Source of the DNA: Octopus vulgaris
Lineage: Eukaryota
Length of the DNA stretch: 64,000 nt
Direction of reading: 5' to 3'
Assembly (NCBI GenBank): GCA_951406725.2
Contig: OX597822.1
Span: forward strand, 33,108,001 to 33,172,000
A model generated the notes under the pieces. That model had not been told where the DNA came from, made no database searches, and saw only the letters and a list, made by a program, of their open reading frames with translations. How positions within the stretch are numbered: the stretch's first letter is position 1; each line of letters begins with the position of its first letter. Below, piece after piece: positions 1 to 16,293 of this stretch. Both the position numbers and the translations under genes were made by a program.

Positions 1-40
1 GGGTAAATATTTCGTAAAATATGTATGTATATATATATGC

Positions 41-90
<50 letters not shown>

Positions 91-551
91 ATGTGTATGT
101 GTGTATGTGTGTATATGTATATATATGTATGACAAAAAATAGTTTAATTTTACTAAATAAATTTAACAACCGAATTATTAATTGTTATAGTATTGTACAG
201 TTTATAAATTGTATTCTTATTACAAGAATGTTGTTTGTTACTTCCGAAAGTATTCATAGAGTTTGGATATGCGGCATATATAGTCCCTCATTTTGTAAAT
301 AATAATATATATTAGTTCATCGGGAAATGTGCTTGTTGCTCGTTTGGTCTGTATTGATGATTCCTGTCGAGTTACTAAATTCTCCCTTCCATACTGTGCG
401 AATAACAATCATTATTTAATTAACTTCAAATCTGGTTAGCCTTAAAATATTAGTAAATTTTATTTCTATTGTTGTGCCGTGATCTCTTGAGCACCACCAG
501 CTCAAATATTTTTTCCTCTGTCTTCCCTTCTTGGGATCTTTCCTTCTCCTT

Positions 552-586
552 GTTTCCGACGAAGAGCTCCGCTCGAAACGTTAAAC
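552..586 (+). ncRNA. Minimal hammerhead motif (AACGTT family)
   Basis: GTTT-CCGACGA-A-GAGC tcc GCTC-GAAACGTTA-AAC. U4C variant core, palindromic AACGTT. Confidence 0.65.
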
Positions 587-690
587 CCTCCTTCCCTTCT
601 TTCCTGAGCGTCAATAATACTCTAATTGTTCCACGTCCTGCGTTGCTGTGTTTTTTTTTCTTTTTTTCTGTGTTTTCTTGTTTGTTTGAA

Positions 691-1988
<1,298 letters not shown>

Positions 1989-2574
1989 GTTATTTTAGAT
2001 ATCCCATTTACACTCTTAAGTCCATATTAGCAAAATTAGAGAATTATACCTCCGAGAAAATAATATATATGAATTATTATTATTTTATTTAAACAATGTT
2101 TTTCATACCAGCTAATTTAAATGGATAAAAGAGTTGTTGTATTGAAGATGTAATTGTTTATATATTTTTGTTGCAGTTACACGTAGAAGACTTAGATACT
2201 TAATTATATACATTTATATACACACGTATATTATTGTTGTATGTTGTGGTGACATGCAACTATCTTGGACATGAAAGGGTTTCAATTGCTATGTGTTTGA
2301 GATATAATGAAGTGAAGTTCGGTGGTTGTAGATAGCACTTGATTGAAATTTATATATGATTGAATAGTTAACGCTGACGCTCATAACACAGACATTTAAA
2401 TTAAATTTTACAATCCAGCCGTCCTTTCACACGGACTTTCGTCTTTTTCGAAACCAAAAGAACCTGAAGTGACTATATATATAATGGAACTTATATATAT
2501 CAGAAAATATATATATAAGTGGCAACAATTGGCGTCTTTTGGTTTTTATAATTATTTATGTTGTGTGATAAGCT

Positions 2575-2938
2575 TGAGAGGCGGTTGGATGGAACCTACA
2601 CTCGCCTCCTTATGAGAGCTCAAAATCTCTCGTGGAGGCGCCATCCAACCAAAATGCAAATATATGGGAAACTACCACCTGTCATCTCTTGTGAAAGGTA
2701 GGAGAGTCCAGTTTGCTGGACATTGTTGTAGAGCTGAAATAGAAGTAATTTCTACTCTTCTCTTCTGGAAGCCATCTACTCGCAATACCAGAGGGCGCAC
2801 ACTCTCCTACCCAGATGTAATCTCCAGGGATACAGGCATCCAGCAACAGGACCTCCGTAATGCCATGATGGACTGTGAAGTCTGGCGTAGCATCGTAAAT
2901 TCCATTGTCTCGACCACGGTCGAACAATAATGATGATA
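2575..2938 (+). mobile_element. RTE-type LINE 3' fragment
   Basis: RRLDGTYTRLL..., RRVQFAGHCCRAE...RGRTLSYPDVISRDTG..AMMDCEVWR, followed by a short (TAA/TGA) tail. Confidence 0.75.
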
Positions 2939-4991
2939 CATACATACATAAACATATACATATATATAAATATAGATACATATATACATGCAAAAATATT
3001 TTATCTCAGAAAATTTTCTCTTACAAGATTTTGTGCATAAAAAGCACAGATCGCCCAGAATGACGTTAGTTGACCGTCCAAGGTCCGTGTTTCGTATTAA
3101 TTTGAACCCTTCAGCGTCATAGAGACCTGGAAATTTTGAGCGAAGTTGAAACATTTGTTCTGATATAAAGATCAGCAAACAAAATGTTAAGTAGTTTTTC
3201 ACCAGAAACTGGGATGGTTCAAAATTAATCAATGTTTGCATCTGAAACACAATTAGATCAAATTAATGATGTACAAATAAATATAACTTTTCGGTTATAC
3301 GTTTGAAAAATGTCATATGCGAATAAATTATAAACAAAGCTTATCTAAAATATATATATCTGTCTAAAGGCGATAAGTATAAAACTTAAAGAAGTACTAC
3401 AATGCAATTTTCCAATGAAAACATATTCATAAGATTGTTGAAGTTGTAGTTCGCGTCTATTGAAATTGTTGAAGTGAACATCTTGAATACTCGTATACAT
3501 CTATTTAAATTGGTTCTATTTAAATTGGTAAATATACATCTAACAAACGGATATCAGTCAGACTTTTTAGGTATGAGCTATCAGGTCCTAAACATATTAA
3601 TCTCAAAAGTTCTTTGATTTTAATTTAAGTGATCGATTATCCATAGTTATATTTCTCGTTAATTATATTTTCAGGTTGAATCAGCTTCACACTTGAACGT
3701 GGCTAGATCATTGAATTAAAGGGTATAATCCAACCAAAGGATTTACACAACGGCGGATTATATTTACTTATTAATTTTATGGGTTAAATTAAGGCGGCGG
3801 GGAAAATGATTATCGTACTTACGTCGGTCTTTACACAGTGAGTTCAAACTCCACCTAAGCTGATATCCCATTCATCTCTTTCAGGATCGATAAAATACGT
3901 ACTAGTTGAGTACTGGGGTTGCTGTAATCAACTTAGCCCCTCCCCTAATTTGCTGGCCCTGTGCCAAAGTTTGAAACCAATATTTGGGATTAAATTTCTG
4001 AAAATGTTTAGTGGGTTGTTACAACTACTTATATAAAATAACTTTTCGTTAGGGTTATGGTGGAAAATGAGCATAAATCTATCAATACATCAGGATGATA
4101 TCTAAATGAAGAGAATGTCTACCGTAATATATACAGCTACTTACCTGGGACATTGTACTAGGTCTGTTCTAAATCTATAAATCTTATGTCCACACTTGTT
4201 TCTCGATATTAAATGCCCATCGATTCTATAAATACCTCTTGTAACTTCAGGATTGTTTTTTAAAGCTACCTACTGTTAAACATCCCAATAAATTTACTCA
4301 ACTGAGTACCATCATATGCATTCAAAGAGACAAAGTGATACAATTCCTCTCCGTTTTTCTTAAGTCAAGAGCATTATCATAAAACAAATATTATTTCCTT
4401 TTAATATTGATCTCGCTAATTGGTGTGCGATGGCATTTTGGCCTTACATTTATGCATATTCTCTAAATTTGACAGAGTTCTCTTATACATAAAAATCTTG
4501 AAATCATTCAAACAACACTCCAGTATTAATACAATATTTGTTTTCAATTACGGCACTACTCTGAGAAGAAACGAATTTATACTTCCTTCTAAATACATGC
4601 ATACTCATAAAATAGCATCTCCTTTCTGTCGGATATTATTTTTTAATTGTATGCAATGAAGAAATTCATGTAAGAAATAATTTCTTCGTCTGCATATGTT
4701 TACCGATTGCCTGCCGAAAATTATTTCTAAGAATGTATTAAATTAGTCCAAAATGCCTTCTTATGCTCTGCCATAAAAATTTTATCGATTTTATTGGTAC
4801 CCTATACGAACACACACATTCACATAGAAACATATATAGATATATAAATATACATATATGAGATGTCATATATATATATGATACAATATGTGATAAAAAC
4901 GCAAAACATCTGGACAACTAAGTGATACAAAAATGGACAACAAAACATCCAGATAGACGATACAGAAAAAACAAGGACGGGTCATACATAC

Positions 4992-5079
<88 letters not shown>

Positions 5080-5269
5080 TTTACATACATATTTTCAATA
5101 CTTTTCTCACTGGATTAACTGTTCGTTTCTCTTTTTGTCTTCTGCAATTTTATTTTGGGATCTTCTACATATATGAAGAATTTTCCTCCGTCTGGCTGCT
5201 TTTCTCTCTACAAAACGAAAAGTCGCATTATGGAACTGTCATTTTAACAAGATTTGTTTTATTTAACCC

Positions 5270-5363
5270 CCGACGAGATACGTCTGCACCACCGGATACT
5301 CCTGTACCAGTTTTTGTGTGTCCCACAAGAGGAGTCGATGCTAGATGTGTCGAAACAAATGTT
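5270..5363 (+). ncRNA. Hammerhead-like motif with extended stem II
   Basis: CCGACGA-GATACGTCT(5277-85)...AGATGTGTC(5343-51)-GAAAC aaat GTT. Inner ACTCCT/AGGAGT helix. Stem I weak. Confidence 0.5.
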
Positions 5364-5434
5364 TTGATTAATAATAAATTCTCATATATTTCATCTTCTG
5401 CCTTTCATTTGTCATTACATATATACATACATGC

Positions 5435-5569
<135 letters not shown>

Positions 5570-5610
5570 TTCAAATACATATACATCCAGATTCATAAAG
5601 CTATATACAT

Positions 5611-5667
<57 letters not shown>

Positions 5668-6819
5668 CAAATACACACACTCACATACACAGGTATATGT
5701 ACATACAAATCTAACAAATTAAATTCGCAATGTGAAATTAGTTCTTTGATTACACATTTTATTTGCTTATTTTATCTTAATTTATGTCAAGATTTTCTTG
5801 GAAATTATTGCGCCTTTGATATATTTTCGTACAACAGTATGTAGAACAACAATACGTTTGGCATTATTCTACAGTGAAAGGAATCTCCGGCTAGCAACCT
5901 TTTAATACATTTATGTAGAAAATATACAAAAATATCGATAACTCCTGACATTAAAACGTATTAAATTACGTGGGATATGAAAATTTGAGAATCATCCTCT
6001 GGGCTACTTGGTTGTGTATGTGTAGGTAAGTATGCAAGGATACGTAATGAGGAAGGCAGGCAAACAGACAGGCAGCCAAGATGACAGGCAAGGAAGCAGG
6101 GAGATAGGTATGTTGGTAAATAGGCAGAGTCGCCGACAATAAGTCTTTGTATTTCCCCATAACTATGTCAACCGAAAGAGTGGTAGTGTATCTACAAAAT
6201 TACATTTGCATGATCTTAGACCGAAATGCCAAACGCTCAATTATATCAATCAATAGCTAAGATAACAGAAAGTCTTACAGCAAAAGTAATTGTTAGATTC
6301 TATGACAATGCAGAATACACGATGAAGCCATTCTATGTTGCTTTCATCTGACATCTTCAGACAGCGCTAGATTTCAAAACACATATGTCGTCCGTGTGTT
6401 AACATACAAAGTGAGAAACCAAACAAAACATAGTGATTCATGTTATTACACAGTCTGATGTGTACATTTACTTCATAATGACATATTCACTTTCGCTTCT
6501 TTCAGGGTAATACTTGGTTCTGATTTCTTTGTTAGGAAACAAATAGGAATATTGATTCGTAAAGAAGGCACAAGGCTAGAATTTAACTGTATATGATGAA
6601 AAGTAATAAGACTTTGTGTTGTTCGTGGTTTTCTGGTGTGTTCTATCGATTGGTGTGGGGAATGTTACAATATCTATACTAAAATTTTAGCAAATATAGA
6701 AACATATATATGCATGATTGTACATACATAAATACACGTACACACATATACGCACATATTTATGTATATTTATATGTAACTATATCAATGGGTGGGTGTA
6801 TTCATTTATAGAAGTCTGT

Positions 6820-7039
6820 GTGCGTGGATACATATATATATATATATATATGTGTGTGTGTATGTGTGTGTGTGTAATTATATATATAGAAAGAGAAAGG
6901 AAAAGAGACACACAGAGATAAGAATATATATTTAAGTATATAGATATATGGATATGTATATGTGTACGTGTGTATATATATACATATATTATATATATGT
7001 GTGTGTGTGTGTATATGTGTGTATGTATATATATGTATG

Positions 7040-7091
<52 letters not shown>

Positions 7092-7321
7092 TATGTATAT
7101 GTATATATATATATGTGTATATATATATATGTATATTCGTATATATATATGTATATATACATATATATGTGTATATATATATGTATAATTATATATATAT
7201 ATGTATATATACATATGTATGTGTATATATATATATATATGTGTGTATATATATTTATATGTATGTATGTATATATATATGTATGTATGTATATATATAT
7301 ATGTATGTATGTATGTATATA

Positions 7322-7368
<47 letters not shown>

Positions 7369-7420
7369 GTGTACACACGCACATATATACATTTATAGAT
7401 AGATACATATACATACATAC
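6820..7420. repeat. Compound (TA)n/(TG)n/(TATG)n microsatellite, representative of dozens in the window
   Basis: Direct inspection. Confidence 0.95.
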
Positions 7421-10400
7421 TTACACCCATAAGCGTATGCTTATTTGTGTATATGTCGGAGTCACTTTAAAACAGTTATTATTTGTTGTTTTTTCCGCTT
7501 TTTAAATCACTTTCGATTCGAAGTGTCTATGAATATAAAAAGAATTTTTTATTAATTGCTGCAAATTTAATTTCAGTTACCTTCACATAATTATTATTTC
7601 TATTGTTATTTGTTCCTAATTTAGACACGGGGCCAGTAATGTTGAGGAGAAAGTATTAGTTGCTAACGTGACCCCATTGACTGATATGCTGTTTTGTCCA
7701 CACTAAAGTTCACCTTGGCAATATTTGAACTCAGTAAGTAAGAAGCCAGGGGAAATAAGCCAAAGCATTCTGCCAATCCACCTTCTCATTGGTTGTATCA
7801 ATTTGGCCACAAAGTAAACACTGTTTAACATGGGAGCATTTTAGAAAAATTATTTTAATTTTCTTGGGCAAGTATCTTCTACTGTACTTACGGGCCGATC
7901 AAAGATTTCTGAGTAGATTTGGAAAGCGGAAAATGAAAGAAGCCCATCGTATATATGTGTATGTCTGTGTGTTTTTTCTCTGTTCCCCACCACCACCACC
8001 ACCACCACCACTGGAAAACTGGTATTTGTTGGTTTATACCCCTGTGCCATAGCGGTTCGGCAAAAGAAACCGTTAAAACAAGTTCCAAACTTTGAAAGTA
8101 AGTGCTAGATTTGATTTGTTCGAGGCGGTACGGTTGCAGTTCAATAATTGAAACAGGTAAAAGAAAAGAAAGAAGATATATCTTACTCTATCTAGGTAAG
8201 ATAGACCATTAATAGTTATGTGGTTACAATAGTGAAAAGCCTGTTGTGATAAGTAAATAAAGCATGCTTATCATTAGAGACGCAATCGAGAATTGTCGAA
8301 CTGCTTAAGATGAAGTGGAATTTGCAAGCTATATCTGTGGATACAGGATGCTCAGTAACTGTTGCTTACTATGTTATGGACATCTTCAAAGAAACTGATG
8401 GCTTCTTTCAACGTTCTTGATCAGGGAAGCCTCGCAAAACTGTTGAAAGATCGACTAGACATATTAATCGTTTATCGAGGGAAAAAGAGAAAAATCAACG
8501 TGGCTGACAGTTTCAGAGACATTCGAAAGTGTTACCACATGCATATTGCTTTCATCGCCAACAAAAATCGAATAAAACAGTTTGGATGATAGTAGATATA
8601 AAATATCTGACAGAGTTATTTAAAAGATAAATGTATTACTGTCATTTTAAATAGCATCACGTTCTTAATCTATTCTTGGTTTTCTCTTCAGATATGATAG
8701 CAGGATAGCGTAAATAATTGTTCATAGCTCTGTGCACAGTTTTATAACTTTGAATAGAAAAGTAAAGAAATACTGAAATAAAAAGTTGTCTTTGGTTATT
8801 ATAAATCGTTTCGCTTAAGCTAAGATGAAAATTCTATTTAAAATGGTGAAGAGTTCTCCGTGTTGATATACAGGCGCAAAGTTAAATAAAGGTAGGATAT
8901 ATAGACGTAGGATGGTGACTGGTATTTGAGTGTGATCATCAGCCAACTGTTGAGAGTCCCCTCTGAAGTGACCCATTAAAGAAGTATTAACGAGTTTTGA
9001 CTAAGAACTAGTAACATAAAACCTTCGATTAGATACGCGAATTAGACAAGGCACTGTGGCGAAATAATAACCCCACGGATAAGCTGCTAGTGGCGAAATT
9101 GGCAAATACTGCTTTGCCAGGCTAAAGCGAATGCTCTTAGATACGAGTTCGTGATACTACTCGATGGGCTGAGGAGACAGAGAACAATGTGATAACAAAG
9201 CAGTAATTCGGATCTTGAAGAACTACAACAGGTGTGAGCTGTCGTCCCGGCAGGTGGATGCTATTTGCAAGCAGCAATTTTCCGAATTGTTTGAGAATTC
9301 TAATGAATCATAGGCCGTGTACTTCGATACCTACTTTTACAGCCTGTTGTAATTTATCAATGATGAAGGAATATTTCCAGCTGCATTATATGCGTAGTGT
9401 CACTAGTGAGAAAGGACACGAAGAAGTGGGACTTCAGCAACAGTTTCTAGCTCATAACTTGGTTCAATGCTGCGTTTCAAACCTTGAGTTCGCTTCAGTG
9501 ACCTGTGGTATCTGCTTCATCATTAAACTAAATGGTCAGCTATTGAAATTTTAGAATTAGTCCCTACTTTTGTTAAATGTGTCTTTCTTATTCTCTTTCA
9601 CTCCATGTCTTTTCAATTATTGCTACAGAACTTAAGATGTTGACTAGAAATGCACTTGAAATGAGACATGCTATCATGTCATGTACGCAGACCACCTAAG
9701 CATCCCCATTCCAAACATCTCGGCCTGATTTTGAATTTTGAATTAGAACCAATAATTTTTAACATAGTCAAGGGCTCACAAGGTTTGACCGCGACGTATA
9801 AATGATGGGATAGTTCCCTATGTCTTCTTGTGTTACATAAACGTCGTTATCTAACCACCGTGCAAAGTTTGTTATACATTTCGATGATGGCGCTATAGAA
9901 TCAACAATGTCTAAACTACCAGACTGCAAAATATTATATCAGTCTCAAGAGCAGCAGATAAAAGTAAAAGCCAATTTAGAAAGAATTTGAAATTAGAGGC
10001 CTTAAAACTGATATTAGAGTCCACTAGGTATTGCGTCTGATACTCTAATGTTTCTATTACTCTATTTCCTGGTGTACTAAACAGAGATACTGTAATGAAA
10101 TATAACATCACAACTCGAGAACAAGTGTCCCGTTTGACCTGATTTCTTTTTGTTTTATTCTCAATACAGGCTTTTCAATGAAATTGTCGTGGACGAAATT
10201 GCTCCATAGAGGTAATAAATCAATATTCCGCTTTTATAGTCATATTCAGTTCTTCAGTTGACAGGCAGTGTTATCGCCAACGTGGTTGGCTAGTTCTACT
10301 ACCTTGCAATCGATTGTGAATCCATAATAACACCGCCAGGTTTAATTTTAATGTCTGACATTATAACTAAATTATGTTCCATATTATTGCAGTTCTGATA

Positions 10401-11776
10401 TTGCGTTCTTTATTTTATCCAGTCTTCTGCCAGGAGAATTGAGGAATTATTTATTTTCCTATTCGATATTTCACTTGATTTATGCTTAATCATAAATCAT
10501 CTCAAAAATGAATGTTTTAATCAAAATTTAAAATAAATACGATAATAGATAAAGAATGATTTAGCCATGAATATCTCGCCCACGAATTTAAAGAAGCGGT
10601 GAGAATATGCATTAGTTATAGTAATATCTGTTGTGGTAGAGTTGCTTGATAGTAACAAATGTTCATTTGACTGACGTTTTCTGATCTTCAGCCTGACAGT
10701 AAGTAGACAGCTTCCTGGAAACGTGTTTGCGATGATATTTCCTTTCACAGGACAACTGAACACTCACTGTTGAACCCAACGATGATCCATATACTTATTG
10801 TCATAATATATTTTTACAACTGGGAGAATCAAAAATCTAATCCTAAGTATTTATGTCATGAGGTAATAATAACTTTTGTTCATTTTTTTTGCGTGATTCT
10901 GAAGCTCAAAATATATTAGCTCCCACTTTTAGAATTATTAAGATTAATCCAAAGGTACGTGGAGGAGAGGAATGATTTTTGCCGTTAAGTAGATATAAGC
11001 TTTTGTTACACGAAACTGTCGTCTTGAACATCGATGTTTTCATATCGATATACACTTATGTACGTATGTGGTATCATATCGTTGCTATTATGCAAAAGTG
11101 TCGGAAGTCCAAAACGTTGCTTTTTCAGAAAACGAAAAGATAATTTCACCATTCCATTTCTTTTTACATTAGCAACAGTTGCAGCTTAACAATAATACTC
11201 TGTTGGGTGCGTAAAATCGTACCTCCAAGCATGTATATTTACAGCCAGAAATATTTTTGTAAAACTTACGTATGTGGGACTTACTACACTTTTGAAAAAT
11301 GCTAAACGGTTGTAATACATTTTGCCAATTTTCATATCATACCATCTGAAGCAGCTGGAGATACGATAGTTTTACCCAAAGAACTGGCTATTGCAAGCAA
11401 AATCAAATATTACAAAAACGCTTTTGACAAAATTTGGACATACAACAGATTAACATATTAGCTACGAGTATGTAGTTAACGTTGAAAACATCAAAAATAA
11501 TCTATAACTAATTATTCGCTGAGGTAAAGAAAATATTAGTTTTATTAGCAATGTAATTTTAATTATATTAGCAAGTACAGAAAGCAACTTCGGACATGCT
11601 TCGAGCATTAAGGCATATATGTATGTGTGTGTATGTGTGTGTGTGTGTGTATGTGTGTGTGTGGTGTGTGTGTGCGTGTGTGCGTGTGTATGCATGTATG
11701 TATTGATTCAGTATATTGGTAATCTTCTATTCCTTTCAAATAACGTGTGCATATATGTATATAATATATACGTATG

Positions 11777-11810
<34 letters not shown>

Positions 11811-12575
11811 TGTATGTATGTATGTATGTATGTATGTACGTACGTACGTATGTATATCAACAACTCTGACCGAATTAAATCGGTGAGGAGATATATAAAC
11901 ATCAACAAATCAAAACAAGGCAAAAAAGAAAAAAGAAAGAGCTGCTAAACGCATGCCTTGCCCCTTGCAAGCCTTTTGGCAAAATAGAGTTAGACGCATC
12001 CTTTTCACTATTGCCATAATAGATACTAAATGAACCAGTGATTAACCCATTTGCAAACGTGTAACCAACGACGCTATTGTTCGCAAATTACTACATAGAA
12101 TAAATACATAAACAATAAATCAAATAATCAAATATCAAATTTCCACAGATAGCTTTTTATTCTGCAGTCACAGAATGAACAAATTGTGAAGTAGATATCG
12201 CGGTCAATCTCCGTGCATGCGTGTAATTATTGTTGAGGTTATTAAATTCTCAACGACAAAGATTTCTTCAAATCAGGCGATTCGCACATAGCCTGAGGGA
12301 TATAAAACGAGTAAATTAAAAGTAAGCGGACGAACATTTTCGTCGTGCTGAGAATGGTTCATTTATATCAAGTGGGGAGTGAATAAATGTTTTGATGTCT
12401 TGAAGTTTTGATGTTTTCTTTCGCTTTCTGGTTGGTTAATTGTTACCAACTTTCGTTGAAGTATGTGCTTCTCGATAACTCAATCTTATTATTGGCATTC
12501 ACCTTTTGAATTCAAAAATACGATTTCGCGTGTGTTTGTTTCTATACATTTATATATATATACATATATATATAC

Positions 12576-12632
<57 letters not shown>

Positions 12633-12711
12633 TGTTTATTTGCGTGTGCGTCTTGAATTTGATTGTACATGTGCATGCGTATGTATATATGTGTGTGTGT
12701 GTAACTGTGAG

Positions 12712-12770
<59 letters not shown>

Positions 12771-13074
12771 ACATTTATGTATAAGCGTGTGTGTGTGTAC
12801 ATTTATGTATAAGCGTGTGTGAGTGTATATGCACATGTGCGTATAAAATACGTACATAGACATATATAAATATATGTGCAAACAAACCTACAAACACATA
12901 TATTAGATAGATATACATATATTAATATATACACAATAAATGTGTGAGTGTGTGTGTGTCTGTGTATCCGTGTGTTTATGTATATATGTATATATGCATA
13001 TATACACAAGATACATACATGTGTGTGTGTGTATGCATATATACACAGATGCATAAACGCACACACACACACAT

Positions 13075-13159
<85 letters not shown>

Positions 13160-13566
13160 TGTGTGTATATGTATCTGTACGTATGTTTGTCTCCGCTGAG
13201 GGTGTGTATTACTGATATAGCCGAATGAACTTTATTGCGAAATAATCGCCAATATAATTTAATATTGTTCACTAGACTCTTAAGAGAAATCTTTCTAGTT
13301 TGATGTCTTCGCATTTATGATTATTGCAAGGTTTCTTCTTATCGAAACCGAAGAAAGACAATAAAACGAAAGAAAGTAGATGAAACACGCAATGACAAAA
13401 TATTGGTTTCAAATTTTGGCACACACAACCAGCAATTTTAGGAGAGGGGTAAGTCAATTACATCGACCCCCCAGTGGTCGATTCGTACTTATTTTATCAA
13501 CCCCGAAAGGATGAAAGGTAAAGTCGACATCGGTAAAAATTGAACTCTGAACGTAAGGGCGCATGA

Positions 13567-13645
13567 AATATGTCCCCGGGAGAAAGTCACAAAACAACTA
13601 CTATATAATGATTCTCCACTTATACCAAATGTGGATTTTGCCATA

Positions 13646-13699
<54 letters not shown>

Positions 13700-13852
13700 T
13701 ATGGCAAAAGCCACCTTTGTATAAGTGGAGAATCATTATATAGTAGTTGTTTTGTGACTTTCTCCCGGGGACATATTTCACTGAAGCCCCGACTTCAATT
13801 GCTCTATTCTGAAAACCATGGTGGCATTCACTCTGTTTAAATATTAAACGTT

Positions 13853-13937
<85 letters not shown>

Positions 13938-14090
13938 TATGGCAAAAGCCACATTTGGTATAAGTGGAGAATCATTATATAGTAGTTGTTTTGTGACTTT
14001 TTCCCGGGGACATATTTCACTGAATCCCCGAAATCAATTGCTCTACTCTGAAAACCATGGCAGTATTCTCTCTGTTTAAATATTAAATGC
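13567..14090. repeat. Inverted plus direct duplications separated by (TA)n
   Basis: 13567-13650 is the reverse complement of 13695-13778. 13695-13850 repeats at 13933-14088. Confidence 0.85.
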
Positions 14091-14194
14091 TTACTGTATA
14101 ATGTCTTGTATCTTCTATTCTTAAACTATGTTTCTGTTCACTTATGATAGACGAGCTCCTAAACAGGGCTCAGAAACTCTACTCCGAAAAGAGA

Positions 14195-14480
14195 AGAGGC
14201 GAAAGATATGTACCTGGAAGTTCTAGCAGCCAACTTTGGAATTGAAAGCTATATCAGACATCGAACCGAACGGTAGTGCATATTACCAATGATACGGTCT
14301 TCTCTACCTAAAACAGGGACCCACTACTGTAAGAGCTTTAGATTAAGGGGGTCAACAACTATTCAACATTCTGCCTAACAACGTCTGTCATTTACGGAGT
14401 GTAGATTTGGAGGTCTTCAGAGAACGCCTGGACAAATTTCTTTATCTGAGATACCAGATTAATCCACGTCACGAGAGGCG
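14195..14480 (+). mobile_element. CR1/L2-group LINE 3' fragment (degenerate)
   Basis: Homologous to the 33490-33830 and 56270-56455 fragments (RRRE..Y.WKVL..N.GI..RG.QLFNILP..F..LDKFL). Confidence 0.55.
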
Positions 14481-14495
14481 GCACATGCTACCCCC

Positions 14496-14596
<101 letters not shown>

Positions 14597-15301
14597 ATAT
14601 ACGTTTGTTTCTATTATAAATTCTCATTCAGTGCATTGCTCTAGAGACTGGTAGTTTCTCAAGTAAACGAACGAATCTTTTATTCAGCTTCTTTGCCAAT
14701 CTCCGTCTATTCTGCCAGCTCGCCGCATTAAATTTACACTATATTAATTCTAAAAAATATTTCTAAGGGTTTCCCAAACACTTCATTTATTCTCTTTTAA
14801 TGTCTTTTGTGTCTTACACCTCACATGTTTTTATACCAATATTTTATAGAATGAAGTAATTGAGAAAAGAGTTATACAATATTGGATCAGGTATTTCGCA
14901 TTACTTTCTGGAATTTAGTTTTGCTAACGACTCCCTTTCATTATTACCGTATTTACCATCCTTGCATTTAGCTCCCAACACAATTATTTGTCAACCATCT
15001 TTTTTTCCGTAATTGCAATGTAAGGCAAAACGAAAATACGAAGGAGAAGAACATAGGTAAATTCAGTCGTTTTATCTGTTGCCAACAGGATATCATTACG
15101 ATGGCCACACCTTCCAGCAATGATCTTCAAATCCAGTGGTGTCAACGGCACAAATTTGCTTGGTTATAGACGCATAGAACATAAAATTGAAGAAAAGTAG
15201 AGAAGACTATGAAATGAAATTTAGTATACGAGGACACTAAGGGGGGAAATGTAAAAACAAATCCAGTGTAGAAATAGTTAAAACAAAACCTTTCAACGTA
15301 A

Positions 15302-15545
15302 GTGGAGGTGCATGGTTTAGTGGTTATGGTGTTGAACTCATGATCGCAAGGTTGTAGTTTCGATTCCTGGACCGGGCGATGCGTTGTGTTCTTGAGCAAA
15401 ACATTTCATTTCACGTTGCTCCACTCAGCTGGTAAAAATGAGTAATCCTGCGATAGACCGGCGTCCCGTCCAGGTGGGGAATTTCTACGCCACTGAAACC
15501 GGGAAACCGGCCCTTATGAGCCTGGCATTGCTCGAGAAGGAACAT
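15302..15545 (+). mobile_element. tRNA-derived SINE
   Basis: ggaggtgcatggtttagtggtt..gtttcgattcctggaccgggc..tgtgttcttgagcaa. Confidence 0.7.
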
Positions 15546-15883
15546 TTTTTTTTTTTTCAACGTAAACGACAAATGTAAGACAAGACTGTATGAAATATTA
15601 CTACGGGCTTGAAATTGTAATAAGACAATAAAAACGGAGAGGGTTGAGTCAAACATTAATTCGGGGTGAAAACAGTTATAAGACAAGGAAAACAGAGATT
15701 GTTACAATGACAGAAAAGAAGAGACAACTGAACGAAAGGAGGTAAACATGACGATGGGCTTCAGAAAGTAAAACAGCGAGAGTGGGGAAGAGTATTTTCC
15801 AAAGTAAAATAAACAGGTGAGGAAAATGCCGAACTGTATAGCAAATAATATGGGGCAGATATATACTTGTATATGCGTGTAAA

Positions 15884-16293
15884 TCTCTCGATATATAAAC
15901 GGCAGTTTGTCTGTCTGTGTGTCTGTGTGGCCGTCAGGTTGTACCCTCACCCTGACCACGGCTTTCAAACCGATTCTGATGAAACTTGACACACACATAG
16001 CCCAATTTCATAATTCAAAACTAACGCAGCGAAAATTTTGAAAAGCCCCCCCCCCAGTTCTGAAAAAATCGATAAATTCGACATGGGTCGAGAATCTCAG
16101 CTTTTTATATGCAACACCTTTTCTGTCGGAAGACAGCTAGGAACATCGTATACATAGAAGTATTCTAGTGAAGAGAAGACATTGCAACCTACACATGCGC
16201 CTTCGTTCCCTAGAGGGAAAGAACTAGATTGGGATTAATCGTTGCCTACTAGGGGCTCTTAAATACCCGGGCAACGCCGGGCTATGCTGCTAG
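15884..16293 (+). mobile_element. Non-autonomous Helitron
   Basis: A|TC start (tctctcgatatataaac), subterminal GC hairpin cccgggcaacgccggg (16266-81), CTAG|T end, no TSD. Confidence 0.78.

Noticed and set aside
2415-2475. Two adjacent hairpins flanking GAAA on the minus strand
   Set aside because: No CUGANGA core or NUH triplet.
8320-8590. VDTGCSVT aspartic-protease-like motif (LTR retroelement relic?)
   Set aside because: Single short motif with no supporting domains.
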